DNA of 64,000 bases from an uncultured Prevotellaceae bacterium (GCA_946407895.1 CAMJQA010000002.1:41878-105877); one strand, 5' to 3'. Positions 1 through 8,827 are shown, numbered from the stretch's first letter. Notes: a model not told the origin generated them from the letters alone. Made by a program: numbers and translations.

Positions 1-323
1 ACCTGAACAAGATGCGTGTCTATGCCAAGTTCCGCAACGGCAACTTTACAGAACTGCAGAACTTAGCCGAGGAATTCGGCATCGAAGACAAGAGCCTGCG
101 CAAGCTCTACGCTAACGTTTTCGGGGAGAAGATAAGCAAGCGGCAACAACTCTCCAACTGGGAGGCCGATGTGCTGACAGATGCCCAGCGCCTCTATGCC
201 GCCACAGATGCCTGGGCCTGCATACGACTCTATCAGGAACTACAGCGGCTGCGCGAAGTGGGCTTCCGCCTGGAGAAAGTGCCCGAACCGGAGAATAATC
301 CCGTAACCACAAAACAAGAATGA
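1..323 (+). CDS. 3'-5' exonuclease domain protein (DEDDy/RNase D-like), C-terminal part; 5' end outside window
   Basis: The frame of ORF 12..323 stays open back to base 3. YAATDAWACIRLY fits the Y-x3-D ExoIII motif of DEDDy exonucleases. The stop overlaps the next start (ATGA at 320-323). Confidence 0.7.
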   Translation, partial: LNKMRVYAKFRNGNFTELQNLAEEFGIEDKSLRKLYANVFGEKISKRQQLSNWEADVLTDAQRLYAATDAWACIRLYQELQRLREVGFRLEKVPEPENNPVTTKQE

Positions 324-1507
324 TGTACAAAACCATATATCTGCGTCGAGGCAAGGATGAAAGCCTCAGACGATTTCATCCCTGGGTCTTCTCGGGTGCC
401 ATAGAGCGTGCCGATGAGGAGCTGGAAGAAGGGGATATTGTTCAGGTGTTCGATTCCAGCAGCCACTTTGTGGCACTGGGGCATTACCAGATTGGCAGCA
501 TAGCCGTTCGCATACTGTCGTTCGAGGAGCGCGATATCGATGAGTCCTTTTGGCGGGAACGTCTGCAAACAGCGCTCGATGTGCGCCGCAGTATTGGCGT
601 GGCCGGGCGGCAGGACAATAACACCTACCGCCTGGTGCATGGCGAGGGCGACAACCTGCCCGGCCTCGTTATAGACATGTATGGCGGTACGGCCGTTATG
701 CAGGCACATAGCGTAGGCATGCACTTGTGCCGGATGCAATTGGCCGAGGCCCTGAAGGCGGTCGTGGGCGAGAGCCTGACTGCCATTTATTATAAAAGTG
801 AAACCACTTTGCCCTACAAGGCCTCGCTGGGTCAGGAAAACGGATTCATCTATGGAGAGAGCCAGAACGATGTGGCACAGGAGAACGGGCTCAGTTTCCA
901 TATCGACTGGCTGAGAGGACAGAAGACGGGATTCTTTGTGGATCAGAGAGATAACCGCAGCCTGCTCGAGCATTACTCTATGGGTCGCAACGTGCTGAAT
1001 ATGTTCTGCTATACGGGCGGATTCAGCGTATATGCCCTTCGTGGCGGAGCCCGCTTGGTGCATAGTGTAGATAGCAGTGCTAAGGCCGTGGAGCTGGTAA
1101 ATGCCAATGTTGAGCTCAACTTCCCTGGCGACGAGCGTCATAAAGCCTTTGCCGAAGATGCTTTCAAGTACCTCGACCAGATGGAGACGGGTAGCTACGA
1201 CCTAATCATCCTCGACCCACCAGCCTTTGCCAAGCACAAGGATGCCTTGAAGAATGCCCTGCGCGGATACACGAAGCTCAATGCCAAGGCCTTCGAGAAG
1301 ATACGTCCGGGGGGCATCCTGTTCACCTTCAGCTGCTCACAGGCCGTCAACAAGGATCAGTTCCGTCTGGCTGTCTTCACGTCAGCAGCTATGGCTCGCC
1401 GCAGTGTGCGCATCCTGCATCAGCTCCACCAGCCGGCCGACCATCCCATCAACATCTATCATCCCGAGGGTGAGTACCTGAAAGGCCTGGTGCTGTATGT
1501 GGAGTAA
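320..1507 (+). CDS. rlmI: class I SAM-dependent rRNA (cytosine-C5) methyltransferase, RlmI-like (PUA + MTase)
   Basis: 395 aa. It has an N-terminal PUA-like region, FCYTGGFSVYA (SAM motif I) and IILDPPAF (motif IV). Size and architecture match RlmI. Confidence 0.8.
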   Translation: MMYKTIYLRRGKDESLRRFHPWVFSGAIERADEELEEGDIVQVFDSSSHFVALGHYQIGSIAVRILSFEERDIDESFWRERLQTALDVRRSIGVAGRQDNNTYRLVHGEGDNLPGLVIDMYGGTAVMQAHSVGMHLCRMQLAEALKAVVGESLTAIYYKSETTLPYKASLGQENGFIYGESQNDVAQENGLSFHIDWLRGQKTGFFVDQRDNRSLLEHYSMGRNVLNMFCYTGGFSVYALRGGARLVHSVDSSAKAVELVNANVELNFPGDERHKAFAEDAFKYLDQMETGSYDLIILDPPAFAKHKDALKNALRGYTKLNAKAFEKIRPGGILFTFSCSQAVNKDQFRLAVFTSAAMARRSVRILHQLHQPADHPINIYHPEGEYLKGLVLYVE

Positions 1508-1525
1508 CGGCCGGGAATCGTGGTT

Positions 1526-1591
1526 GAAAATTTTGCTCGAGGCGGGTGAAAATTTTGCTCGAGGCGGGTATAAATTTTGCTCGAGGCGGGT
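1526..1591. repeat. 3 x 22-bp perfect/near-perfect tandem repeat GAAAATTTTGCTCGAGGCGGGT
   Basis: Units lie at 1526-1547, 1548-1569 (identical) and 1570-1591 (2 changes at the first two bases). Read directly from the sequence. Confidence 0.95.
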
Positions 1592-1670
1592 TTTGCAAAA
1601 AAATGGCCTTACTATAAAATGAATTATTGTCAGTTAAAATACTAAGTGTACAACCCTACAAAAACAAGTC

Positions 1671-2936
1671 ATGAATATCAAAATTAGATTAACCATCCTG
1701 AACTTTCTGGAGTTCGCTATCTGGGGAGCCTACCTTACCAGTATGTCTCGCTACCTCATAACGGCTGGCTTGGGCGACCACATCTCATATTTCTACAGCG
1801 TACAGGGCTTTGTCTCATTGTTCATGCCCGCCTTGATGGGTATCGTGGCCGACCGCTGGATCCAGGCCCAGAAGACCCTTTCCATCTGCCAGTTTGTGGC
1901 CGGAATAGCAATGTGCGCCGCTGCTTTCTACGGGCACAGCGCAGGCGAGAATGCCAGCTTCACAACCCTTTTCTCGCTCTATACGATAAGTGTGGCCTTC
2001 TTTATGCCCACCATAGCGCTGACTAATAGTGTGGCCTATGCTGCACTGGAGGGAGCAGGACTCGACACGGTGAAGGCCTTTCCGCCCATTCGCGTGTTCG
2101 GAACCATTGGCTTCATCATCTCCATGCTCTGTGTTGACTGGGGCGGTTTGCAGGATAAGCCCTGGCAGTTTGCTGTATCGGGCATTCTGAGTATCATTAT
2201 GGCAATCTACGCCCTGACAATGCCTGCCTGCCCAACGAACAAGGGCGAGAAGAAGGGCCTTGTGGAGGCTCTTGGACTCAGGGCCTTTACCCTCTTCAAG
2301 CAGCGTAAGATGGCTGTCTTCTTCATCTTCTCCATGCTGCTGGGTTCTGCCCTTCAGATAACTAACGGATATGCCAATCCCTTCATCGCATCTTTTGGCG
2401 CTGACGAAGCCTTTGCCAATACCTTTGGCGTTCAGCATGCCAATACCCTGATTTCCCTGTCGCAGATGTCCGAGACGCTTTGCATCCTGCTCATACCATT
2501 CTTCCTGAAGCGGTTCGGCATCAAGATTGTGATGCTGATGTCGATGATAGCCTGGGTGTTCCGCTTCGGCTTCTTTGCCGTAGGAGATCCCGGCTTCCCC
2601 GGTGTCATCTTGCTCATCCTCTCTATGATTGTATATGGCATAGCCTTTGATTTCTTCAATATCAGCGGTTCCCTGTTCGTTGATCAGGAGACAGACCTGA
2701 ACATCCGCAGCAGCGCCCAGGGCCTGTTCATGATGATGACTAACGGACTTGGCGCGTCGGTTGGCATGCTGCTGGCCGGTAGGGTGGTGAACCACTACAC
2801 ACACGGCGAAGTGGTAGGTGGCAATTTCTATACGCTGGGTGACTGGAGCACTTGCTGGTGGATATTCTCTGGTTATGCACTCGTCGTGGCCATTCTGTTT
2901 GCCATCCTGTTCCGTTACAAGCATGAGCGGAAGTAG
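1671..2936 (+). CDS. nupG: nucleoside:H+ symporter, NupG/XapB-type MFS permease
   Basis: 421 aa with about 12 hydrophobic segments. The N-terminus RLTILNFLEFAIWGAYLTSM is typical of the NupG family. Confidence 0.8.
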   Translation: MNIKIRLTILNFLEFAIWGAYLTSMSRYLITAGLGDHISYFYSVQGFVSLFMPALMGIVADRWIQAQKTLSICQFVAGIAMCAAAFYGHSAGENASFTTLFSLYTISVAFFMPTIALTNSVAYAALEGAGLDTVKAFPPIRVFGTIGFIISMLCVDWGGLQDKPWQFAVSGILSIIMAIYALTMPACPTNKGEKKGLVEALGLRAFTLFKQRKMAVFFIFSMLLGSALQITNGYANPFIASFGADEAFANTFGVQHANTLISLSQMSETLCILLIPFFLKRFGIKIVMLMSMIAWVFRFGFFAVGDPGFPGVILLILSMIVYGIAFDFFNISGSLFVDQETDLNIRSSAQGLFMMMTNGLGASVGMLLAGRVVNHYTHGEVVGGNFYTLGDWSTCWWIFSGYALVVAILFAILFRYKHERK

Positions 2937-2989
2937 GAGGGGGGCAGAGCGCAAGAGTTGAAAGGCTTAAAAAGGTTAAAGGTCCGAGT

Positions 2990-3718
2990 ATGAAAGAGGA
3001 GCGATTTTTCTATGACCCTCAGTTGAGCGGCGAACTGCCCGAGGATGAATGTCATCATGCCGTTCGCGTACTGCGGCTGCAGGCAGGCGACGAGATTAAA
3101 CTGATGGATGGGCGGGGCACGTTTTGCCAGGCCGTCATCACCAGCGCTTCGAACCATCATTGTCGCTACGATATCAGGCTCCGCGAGCCTCAAGCTCCTG
3201 CTTGGAGAGGGCACCTCCACCTGGCTATGGCCCCGACAAAGCTGATGGACAGGGTGGAATGGTTTGCCGAGAAAGCTACCGAGATAGGCTTTGACGAGCT
3301 GACCTTCCTGGATTGTCAGTTCAGCGAGCGCCGTGTCGTTAAGAACGAGCGCATAGAGAAAATTCTCGTCTCGGCCATGAAGCAGAGCCATAAGGCCTGG
3401 AAACCGCAACTGAACGAAGTTACGCCCTTTGAAAGCTTCGTCAGCACCCCTCGCCAAGGCGATTGCTTCGTATGCCATTGCTATGAACAAGGCGATGTGT
3501 CGGGGCAGGCTGAGAAGCCTTTCCTCCTTGACGTGCTCAACCCGGGCATGCCGGCAACCGTACTCATCGGTCCGGAGGGTGACTTCAGCATCGACGAGGT
3601 ACGCCTGGCCGAGGCGAACGGATATCGCAGCGTAACGCTTGGACGCAGCCGCCTTCGTACAGAGACCGCAGCTCTTGTAGCTGTACACCTAATGCAACTC
3701 AAAAACTCATCATTATGA
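2990..3718 (+). CDS. rsmE: 16S rRNA (uracil1498-N3)-methyltransferase RsmE
   Basis: 242 aa. It has a PUA-like N-terminus (HHAVRVLRLQAGDEI) and a SPOUT knot (LIGPEGDFS, RLRTETAAL). Confidence 0.85.
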   Translation: MKEERFFYDPQLSGELPEDECHHAVRVLRLQAGDEIKLMDGRGTFCQAVITSASNHHCRYDIRLREPQAPAWRGHLHLAMAPTKLMDRVEWFAEKATEIGFDELTFLDCQFSERRVVKNERIEKILVSAMKQSHKAWKPQLNEVTPFESFVSTPRQGDCFVCHCYEQGDVSGQAEKPFLLDVLNPGMPATVLIGPEGDFSIDEVRLAEANGYRSVTLGRSRLRTETAALVAVHLMQLKNSSL

Positions 3719-5142
3719 AACGCCAATCCCTTTTCCTCATCCTATTCCTGCTGGTTGCTATTGCCTTGCTGCTCTTTTGGTTCATAGGCAGGGGCCGCAA
3801 TGATACTGCAAGCATAATTCCCCAAGATGCCCGCGCCGTGGCACAGTTGGATGTGAAGGGGCTGAGCCGGGACACAGGGCTTGAGGCTGACAAAATATTC
3901 GCCAGGCTGGGCGTTGCCGAAGCAGACGAGGCCGGCTTGAACCTGTCGGCACCCGTTTATGGGTTCGTTTCGGGGCAGGGCCACTTTGGCATAGCGCTCT
4001 CTGTAAAGAGCCAGAGTCGGCTGAAGAAAGCCCTTCAGCAGCTGGGGACCGAGATAGAAAGCCAGCGAGGCTATCAATGGGCTGTGTTGAGGAACTGGGT
4101 GATAGCTTTCGATTCAAAACGCATGCTGGTTCTTGGCCCCGCCTCTGCCACAGAGGCGGCAGGCCTTAGAGGGCAAATGGTTTCCCTTATGAAGCAGGAA
4201 CAAACAGAAAGCCCAGTTCTTGGCGAATTGAAAAACCGTCCTGGCTCCCTGAAGCTCATCTCTCGGCTGGACGTCATGCCAAAGGCATACGTTGGGACGC
4301 TCCGGAAATGGCTTCCTGCGGGCATCGATTTCAGTCGGGTCAGCGCCTTTGTATCTCTGGATGCCCAGGCTAAATCCTTTACGCTCAATACAGAACTGCT
4401 GTCGGATGACAAGCAGGTGAAGCAAACTTTGGCACAGGCAGACTCCCTATGGCAACCCATCAAGGGGGAACTCTTGGAGCAGGGGCCCGATTCCCCCGTC
4501 CTGTGGGCAACAGCCGGTTTGCGGGGCGACCGCCTGCTGAACCTGTTGCGCCAGAATCCTGCCATCCGCACCCGCCTGATAGCCCTTAATATGTGTGTGG
4601 ATGCCGATATGATGCTGCGCAGTATCGACGGCGATGTTACCCTCTCTGTTCCAAGCATCTCGTTGAACTTCAAGCAGCCACCACTCCTCCTGACCGCCGC
4701 GCTCGCCAATAAAGACTTCCTGCGCAACGTTGATTCCTGGAAGAGCGGTTTGGCTACGGAGGCTGGCGTCCGCTTTCGTGTGCTGCGTGACGACGACTTC
4801 TATCTTTCAGCAGGCGATGTCAATGCCTACTTCGGTGTGAGGGGCAGTCAGCTCTATGTAACGACCAACTCCCGGCTTGCCGACCAAGCCTGCCACCCGT
4901 CTTCAGCACCAGGCCAGCAGGCATTGCTTCCGAAGATGCAGGGGCGGGTCTTCTTTGCCACCTTTGATGCCTCGGCATTCATGAAGGGGCTTGGTCCCTT
5001 AGTCCAGTTGCTCAGTGGCGGCAACGGCATGCTGGAGCTCCTGGGCAGTGTAGAGCGCATCAACCTCAGTGCCACAAATTCGCACGACATCGCCCTCGAG
5101 GTACAATGCAGCCGGGAACTGAAGGACATCCTCAGGCCGTAG
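3715..5142 (+). CDS. membrane-anchored hypothetical protein (DUF4836-like)
   Basis: 475 aa. The N-terminal TM segment is LFLILFLLVAIALLLFWFI. The start overlaps the rsmE stop (ATGA). No catalytic motif was recognised, and the family assignment is from memory only. Confidence 0.6.
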   Translation: MKRQSLFLILFLLVAIALLLFWFIGRGRNDTASIIPQDARAVAQLDVKGLSRDTGLEADKIFARLGVAEADEAGLNLSAPVYGFVSGQGHFGIALSVKSQSRLKKALQQLGTEIESQRGYQWAVLRNWVIAFDSKRMLVLGPASATEAAGLRGQMVSLMKQEQTESPVLGELKNRPGSLKLISRLDVMPKAYVGTLRKWLPAGIDFSRVSAFVSLDAQAKSFTLNTELLSDDKQVKQTLAQADSLWQPIKGELLEQGPDSPVLWATAGLRGDRLLNLLRQNPAIRTRLIALNMCVDADMMLRSIDGDVTLSVPSISLNFKQPPLLLTAALANKDFLRNVDSWKSGLATEAGVRFRVLRDDDFYLSAGDVNAYFGVRGSQLYVTTNSRLADQACHPSSAPGQQALLPKMQGRVFFATFDASAFMKGLGPLVQLLSGGNGMLELLGSVERINLSATNSHDIALEVQCSRELKDILRP

Positions 5143-5194
5143 GTTGGCAGAGGCCCTTGACGGGTAGGATAATTAGGGTAGGGAAGTCTTCAAA

Positions 5195-5282
5195 AAACAA
5201 TGCCGTTGAAATTGGCAAACAATGCCGTTGAATTTGGAAAACAATGCCGTTGAATTTGGCAAACAATGCCGATGATAATTTT
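5195..5282. repeat. about 3.5 copies of a 22-23-bp tandem repeat AAACAATGCCGTTGAATTTGGC
   Basis: Units begin at 5195, 5217, 5238/5239 and 5261 (the last is degenerate: ...GCCGATGATAATTTT). Read directly. Confidence 0.9.
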
Positions 5283-5308
5283 GTCCGCTGCCCACGGAAT
5301 AAAAGCCC

Positions 5309-5340
5309 GTTGCCCATCGTTTCTTCAAGCGATGGGCAAC
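5309..5340. terminator. bidirectional intrinsic terminator hairpin between convergent genes
   Basis: An 11-bp stem GTTGCCCATCG / CGATGGGCAAC encloses a 10-nt loop. A T-run follows on the minus strand (AAAA at 5301-5304 on plus), 22 nt after the heparinase-like stop. TGATTTTAT follows on the plus strand. Confidence 0.7.
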
Positions 5341-5362
5341 TGATTTTATATAAGTATCGTGT

Positions 5363-7249
5363 TTAGTGTGAGAGTGTAACCTTGAGGTCTGTTGCAGCTG
5401 CGGCAGGTAGCTCTGTGGTGAAGTGGATAAGGGTAAAGCCACGGTTCTGGTTCTCAAAGTCATGAGGCGGTGTGGCTGGACCAATCTGCCAAGTAAGCCG
5501 ATTGATGCCCTCTACATTCAGGTTCATGACTTTCCCCTTGCAGGTGAGACGAAGCGTGTGGCTACCCGTCTGGCTGACTGTGGCTGGGGTTACCATAGTC
5601 CACATGAGCTGGGTGGCACGGCCGGGGAGTGTCTCAACATGGTCTTCAACGGTCAAACTCCCGTCTTGGAGAAGTGAACATCGGCGCTGTGCAGTCTTGA
5701 TCATACCCTCATAGACAGGTGTCAGGTCGGCTGTGGCACTACCCGGGAAACCATGGGTAACCTGTGTGAAACGGACCACGCCCTGGACAATCTGCTCTTG
5801 ATTGTTGAACGTGAGGGTGTTGTGCTGGCGGTTTCCATAGCGATAGACACTCCATCGCTGGGATTTCTGCTTCATATTCCAAATGTCCATGCCTGCCTGC
5901 TCGAGGTTGTTATAGTTCTCTGTTCCTAAGTCTGCTGCCCACATAATGCCCTCTGACTCATAGATAAACTCGCCTTGGTCCATGTGGCTATGGTTTGTTG
6001 ATGGGCTTCCGCCCTTCATGCCCATGAATGCGGCATCGTAGGTCCAACTGCTACGGCAGGTATAGACGGGCGTGCGGCCCTGGCCGTACCAAGAGAGCGC
6101 ATTGGGCTGCGCTGGCCGGTCGAGGCTGGCGCGGTGGCCCCATATCACGGCGCATGGACCAAGCCGGTCGGTGAGCAGGCTGGGCGTCTCCTTGCGGTAG
6201 AGTATGCGCTTTTGGTTAAAGAGGATGCTTTCGTCGCCGGTCTGCCGATAGAACCAATAGGGCGAGGTCATGGCATGTGCAATGTTACCGTTATCGCTAT
6301 ATGCAAACCACTGAAGTGCAGGACTGCACATGTGGGTGATGTATGCGCCGGTCTGCATGAAGCCGGGAACGTTGGTCAGACCGAAGTCTGATGAGAATAT
6401 CTGGTTGAGGGCATCGAGCAGGAGAACATTGAACGTGGTGCCATAGTCCCAATAGCCGCACCCCTCGGGGTAGGCACCATCGGGGCCATAGGCTTCCATG
6501 GGCCTGATGATGTACTTTATGGCACGGTTGACGATTTGTGCGGCCAGCTGAGGGTCGCTCTCCCATACGGCAATAGCACCATATACCATACCGGCATGTA
6601 CGACCTGCCCCCAATTGTTATCGGTTTTAATATACCAAGCCTCCTTCTCAGTTATACTGGGGCGCAATCCTTTTTCAACGATGGCTTGTCGCAATGCTTC
6701 GCGCTCAACATCGGGCAGTTCGGTATAGAACCAGTCATAGCCAATGGCTGCAGCCAGCGTCATCTCGGCAACATCGAGGAAATGGCTGGGGTGCCAGTCG
6801 GAAAAGGCCGCAATGGCTGAGAGTTCTGTCCTTGCTCGTTCAGTATATATATTGTCTCCTGTGGTGCGATAGGCATAGCCCAGGTAGATAATGCGCCGAA
6901 GTGCCTCGCGGCTGACACCAAGCAAGCGGCGGCCAGTAAGAACGTACTCGACGGGCTTCGTGGCTTTCTGAACATAAGCATCAGCAACGCCAAGTATGCC
7001 TTTGTGAACGTCGGACCAGGTACTGTCCTTGCGTACGTCGCGCATGAGTCGCTTCTCCTGTCCGCGTTGAAGCAAGAGTCGGGGATGACGAGGCATTCTG
7101 GAGCGCTCAGTAACTTGAGCGCTGGATAGACCGACGCAGAGCATGGTGCACAGAAGAAGCAGGGAACGAAGGCCTAAGGGTCTTACATAATTGAAAAACG
7201 AGAATTCATAATTAGACCTTGCGCTCGGCTCTGTCGCCTGGCTCGTCAT
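5363..7249 (-). CDS. heparinase II/III family protein (secreted polysaccharide-lyase fold)
   Basis: The ORF spans 5363..7393. Motifs are WHPSHFLDVAEM, GYWDYG and NHSHMDQGEF. The start is set at ATG 7249, the last ATG before the signal-like LRSLLLLCTMLCVGLSSAQ. In-frame ATGs at 7270/7285/7300 lie inside a 15-bp repeat. Confidence 0.75.
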   Translation of the reverse strand: MTSQATEPSARSNYEFSFFNYVRPLGLRSLLLLCTMLCVGLSSAQVTERSRMPRHPRLLLQRGQEKRLMRDVRKDSTWSDVHKGILGVADAYVQKATKPVEYVLTGRRLLGVSREALRRIIYLGYAYRTTGDNIYTERARTELSAIAAFSDWHPSHFLDVAEMTLAAAIGYDWFYTELPDVEREALRQAIVEKGLRPSITEKEAWYIKTDNNWGQVVHAGMVYGAIAVWESDPQLAAQIVNRAIKYIIRPMEAYGPDGAYPEGCGYWDYGTTFNVLLLDALNQIFSSDFGLTNVPGFMQTGAYITHMCSPALQWFAYSDNGNIAHAMTSPYWFYRQTGDESILFNQKRILYRKETPSLLTDRLGPCAVIWGHRASLDRPAQPNALSWYGQGRTPVYTCRSSWTYDAAFMGMKGGSPSTNHSHMDQGEFIYESEGIMWAADLGTENYNNLEQAGMDIWNMKQKSQRWSVYRYGNRQHNTLTFNNQEQIVQGVVRFTQVTHGFPGSATADLTPVYEGMIKTAQRRCSLLQDGSLTVEDHVETLPGRATQLMWTMVTPATVSQTGSHTLRLTCKGKVMNLNVEGINRLTWQIGPATPPHDFENQNRGFTLIHFTTELPAAAATDLKVTLSH

Positions 7250-7320
7250 AGAACTTTGAGCCTTAAACATTGGCCCCTTGAACATTGAACTTTTGAACAT
7301 TTGAAGCCTTGAACAAACAG
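7250..7320. repeat. about 4 copies of a 15-bp tandem repeat (gene strand ATGTTCAAR-N6)
   Basis: The gene strand reads ttgttcaaggcttca a atgttcaaaagttca atgttcaaggggcca atgtttaaggctcaa. Read directly. Confidence 0.85.
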
Positions 7321-7325
7321 GAGTC

Positions 7326-8771
7326 TTATTTGAATCCGCTGTATATGACCTGCATCTCGAGTGGCGTATTCGGACCGCCCAGGAGTCGTACACTGTTCAT
7401 GCCCATATCGTGTGTGACGCTGGATATGATGCTCTGTCCGTATTTGTCTGTGGTAGAGCTGGTCTTGACGGGGATGACTACAACCTTGTTCCAGTCGGGG
7501 TGGGCGGCCTCCCATTGTTCCTCGGTCATACCGCCTTCCTTCATGCCGTTCATCTTCTCATGTTGGCAATATGAAATAAGGCGGCCAAGATTATCGAAGG
7601 TATAGGAGTTGTAACCAGAACTGTATGTAGTAGTGAAAGATGTCTTGGAGTCGGGCAGCTGACGCTTGGCGAAGAAGGAACGCATGTCCTGCTTGCGAAC
7701 CATCAGCAGGGTGGTAGGTATGCCAAGTGCATATTCGTCGCTCTCACTCCTGTTGTACCTTGTCAGGGTTAGTTTGGCTTTGCTCACACTGTCCGTCTGG
7801 TGGTCGCGGTAAATGTCTTTAATGGGCAGTTCGATGAGGGTACCGATACCTGCGGGAGTCTTCAGATAAGTACTTGTGGGATCGTCGACAAGCTTGTGAA
7901 GGTCTTCAGATTCAAACTGAGTAGCCTGTATGACCTCAGCTGTAGCAGCAAATCTGGTAAGTGCCTGATATACGGTGTCAGGACTATCCATGTCATAGTA
8001 TTTGAAATAGAGGTTCATTGTACCCACACTGATGTTGAGCATGGTGCCTACACCGCTCTTCAGTTTGAAATAGAAGCCAGGACAGACGTGGCGGATGAAT
8101 TCGTAAGAGTTCCGGAAATACTCAGGGTGCTCGTAGTAGGTGTTCATAATGTACGACCCGTACTCGGCTGGAAGCTTTATGTGCACGTTGTTCGTATGTG
8201 TGGAACTGTTGCGCTCGGCGTCGGTAATGGTGTAGTCGGTTGGGGTAAACACCTTTGTGGCAATGGGCTCTGAGCCTGGCTTGACGAATTGAGTGAGGTC
8301 TGTGTTGCTGTAGTAGTCTTGTTCCTCCTCAAGTATTTTGTTTTCGTCAAGCTGGTAAACTTCCAGTTTCATAGGCGTGTCTCCGGCACCGTAGAAGCTA
8401 TTGAAGTAAAGTCTGATTTCGCAGGAGTCGCACTTTACGGGGTCACTCTGCTTGAAGTCAACATTGAGAGGGAACATGAACTGCTTGTCGGGCAGTTTGT
8501 AATTCTCAAAGGTGTGGAATTGTGTGGCAAAACTGGCCTGAATGTGTGTACCGGTCTCGGGGTCCTTGATATTTCCCAAATAAGAAACGTAGCTGTTGCA
8601 AAGCACGGAATCCAAGGCAATGGACCGGGTGTAGAACTTAAATACATCTGAAGAGTGAGTGAGAGCATCTTCATCGGGGAAAATTCCGATAGAGCCCGTA
8701 TCCTCGTCGCAACCACACAACAATATCGTCATCACAGCAGTCAGCAAACATGCTGTTTTCTTATAGCTCAT
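7326..8771 (-). CDS. DUF4270-like lipoprotein
   Basis: The ORF spans 7326..8831. ATG 8771 gives the lipobox MSYKKTACLLTAVMTILLCGC. Its position downstream of the short glycogen-synthase-like gene is a conserved Bacteroidetes arrangement. Confidence 0.65.
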   Translation of the reverse strand: MSYKKTACLLTAVMTILLCGCDEDTGSIGIFPDEDALTHSSDVFKFYTRSIALDSVLCNSYVSYLGNIKDPETGTHIQASFATQFHTFENYKLPDKQFMFPLNVDFKQSDPVKCDSCEIRLYFNSFYGAGDTPMKLEVYQLDENKILEEEQDYYSNTDLTQFVKPGSEPIATKVFTPTDYTITDAERNSSTHTNNVHIKLPAEYGSYIMNTYYEHPEYFRNSYEFIRHVCPGFYFKLKSGVGTMLNISVGTMNLYFKYYDMDSPDTVYQALTRFAATAEVIQATQFESEDLHKLVDDPTSTYLKTPAGIGTLIELPIKDIYRDHQTDSVSKAKLTLTRYNRSESDEYALGIPTTLLMVRKQDMRSFFAKRQLPDSKTSFTTTYSSGYNSYTFDNLGRLISYCQHEKMNGMKEGGMTEEQWEAAHPDWNKVVVIPVKTSSTTDKYGQSIISSVTHDMGMNSVRLLGGPNTPLEMQVIYSGFK

Positions 8772-8827
8772 AAACTGATTAATAAACAAATTTTCAAAAA
8801 TATTTAAAATAATGGCCGGCAATTGAA

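Noticed and set aside
1526-1591. Tandem repeats here, and at 5195, 51463, 51528, 52489 and 52578, considered as CRISPR arrays.
   Set aside because: Units abut directly with no unique spacers, unit lengths are 11-23 bp, there are only 3-5 copies, and there are no cas genes in the window.
7220-7232. The exact 13-mer GCGCTCGGCTCTG, shared with 51438..51450, considered on its own as proof of a MITE.
   Set aside because: Tens of chance 13-mer matches are expected among all position pairs in 64 kb. No terminal inverted repeats or target duplications were seen. It is kept only as part of the weaker composite-element finding.
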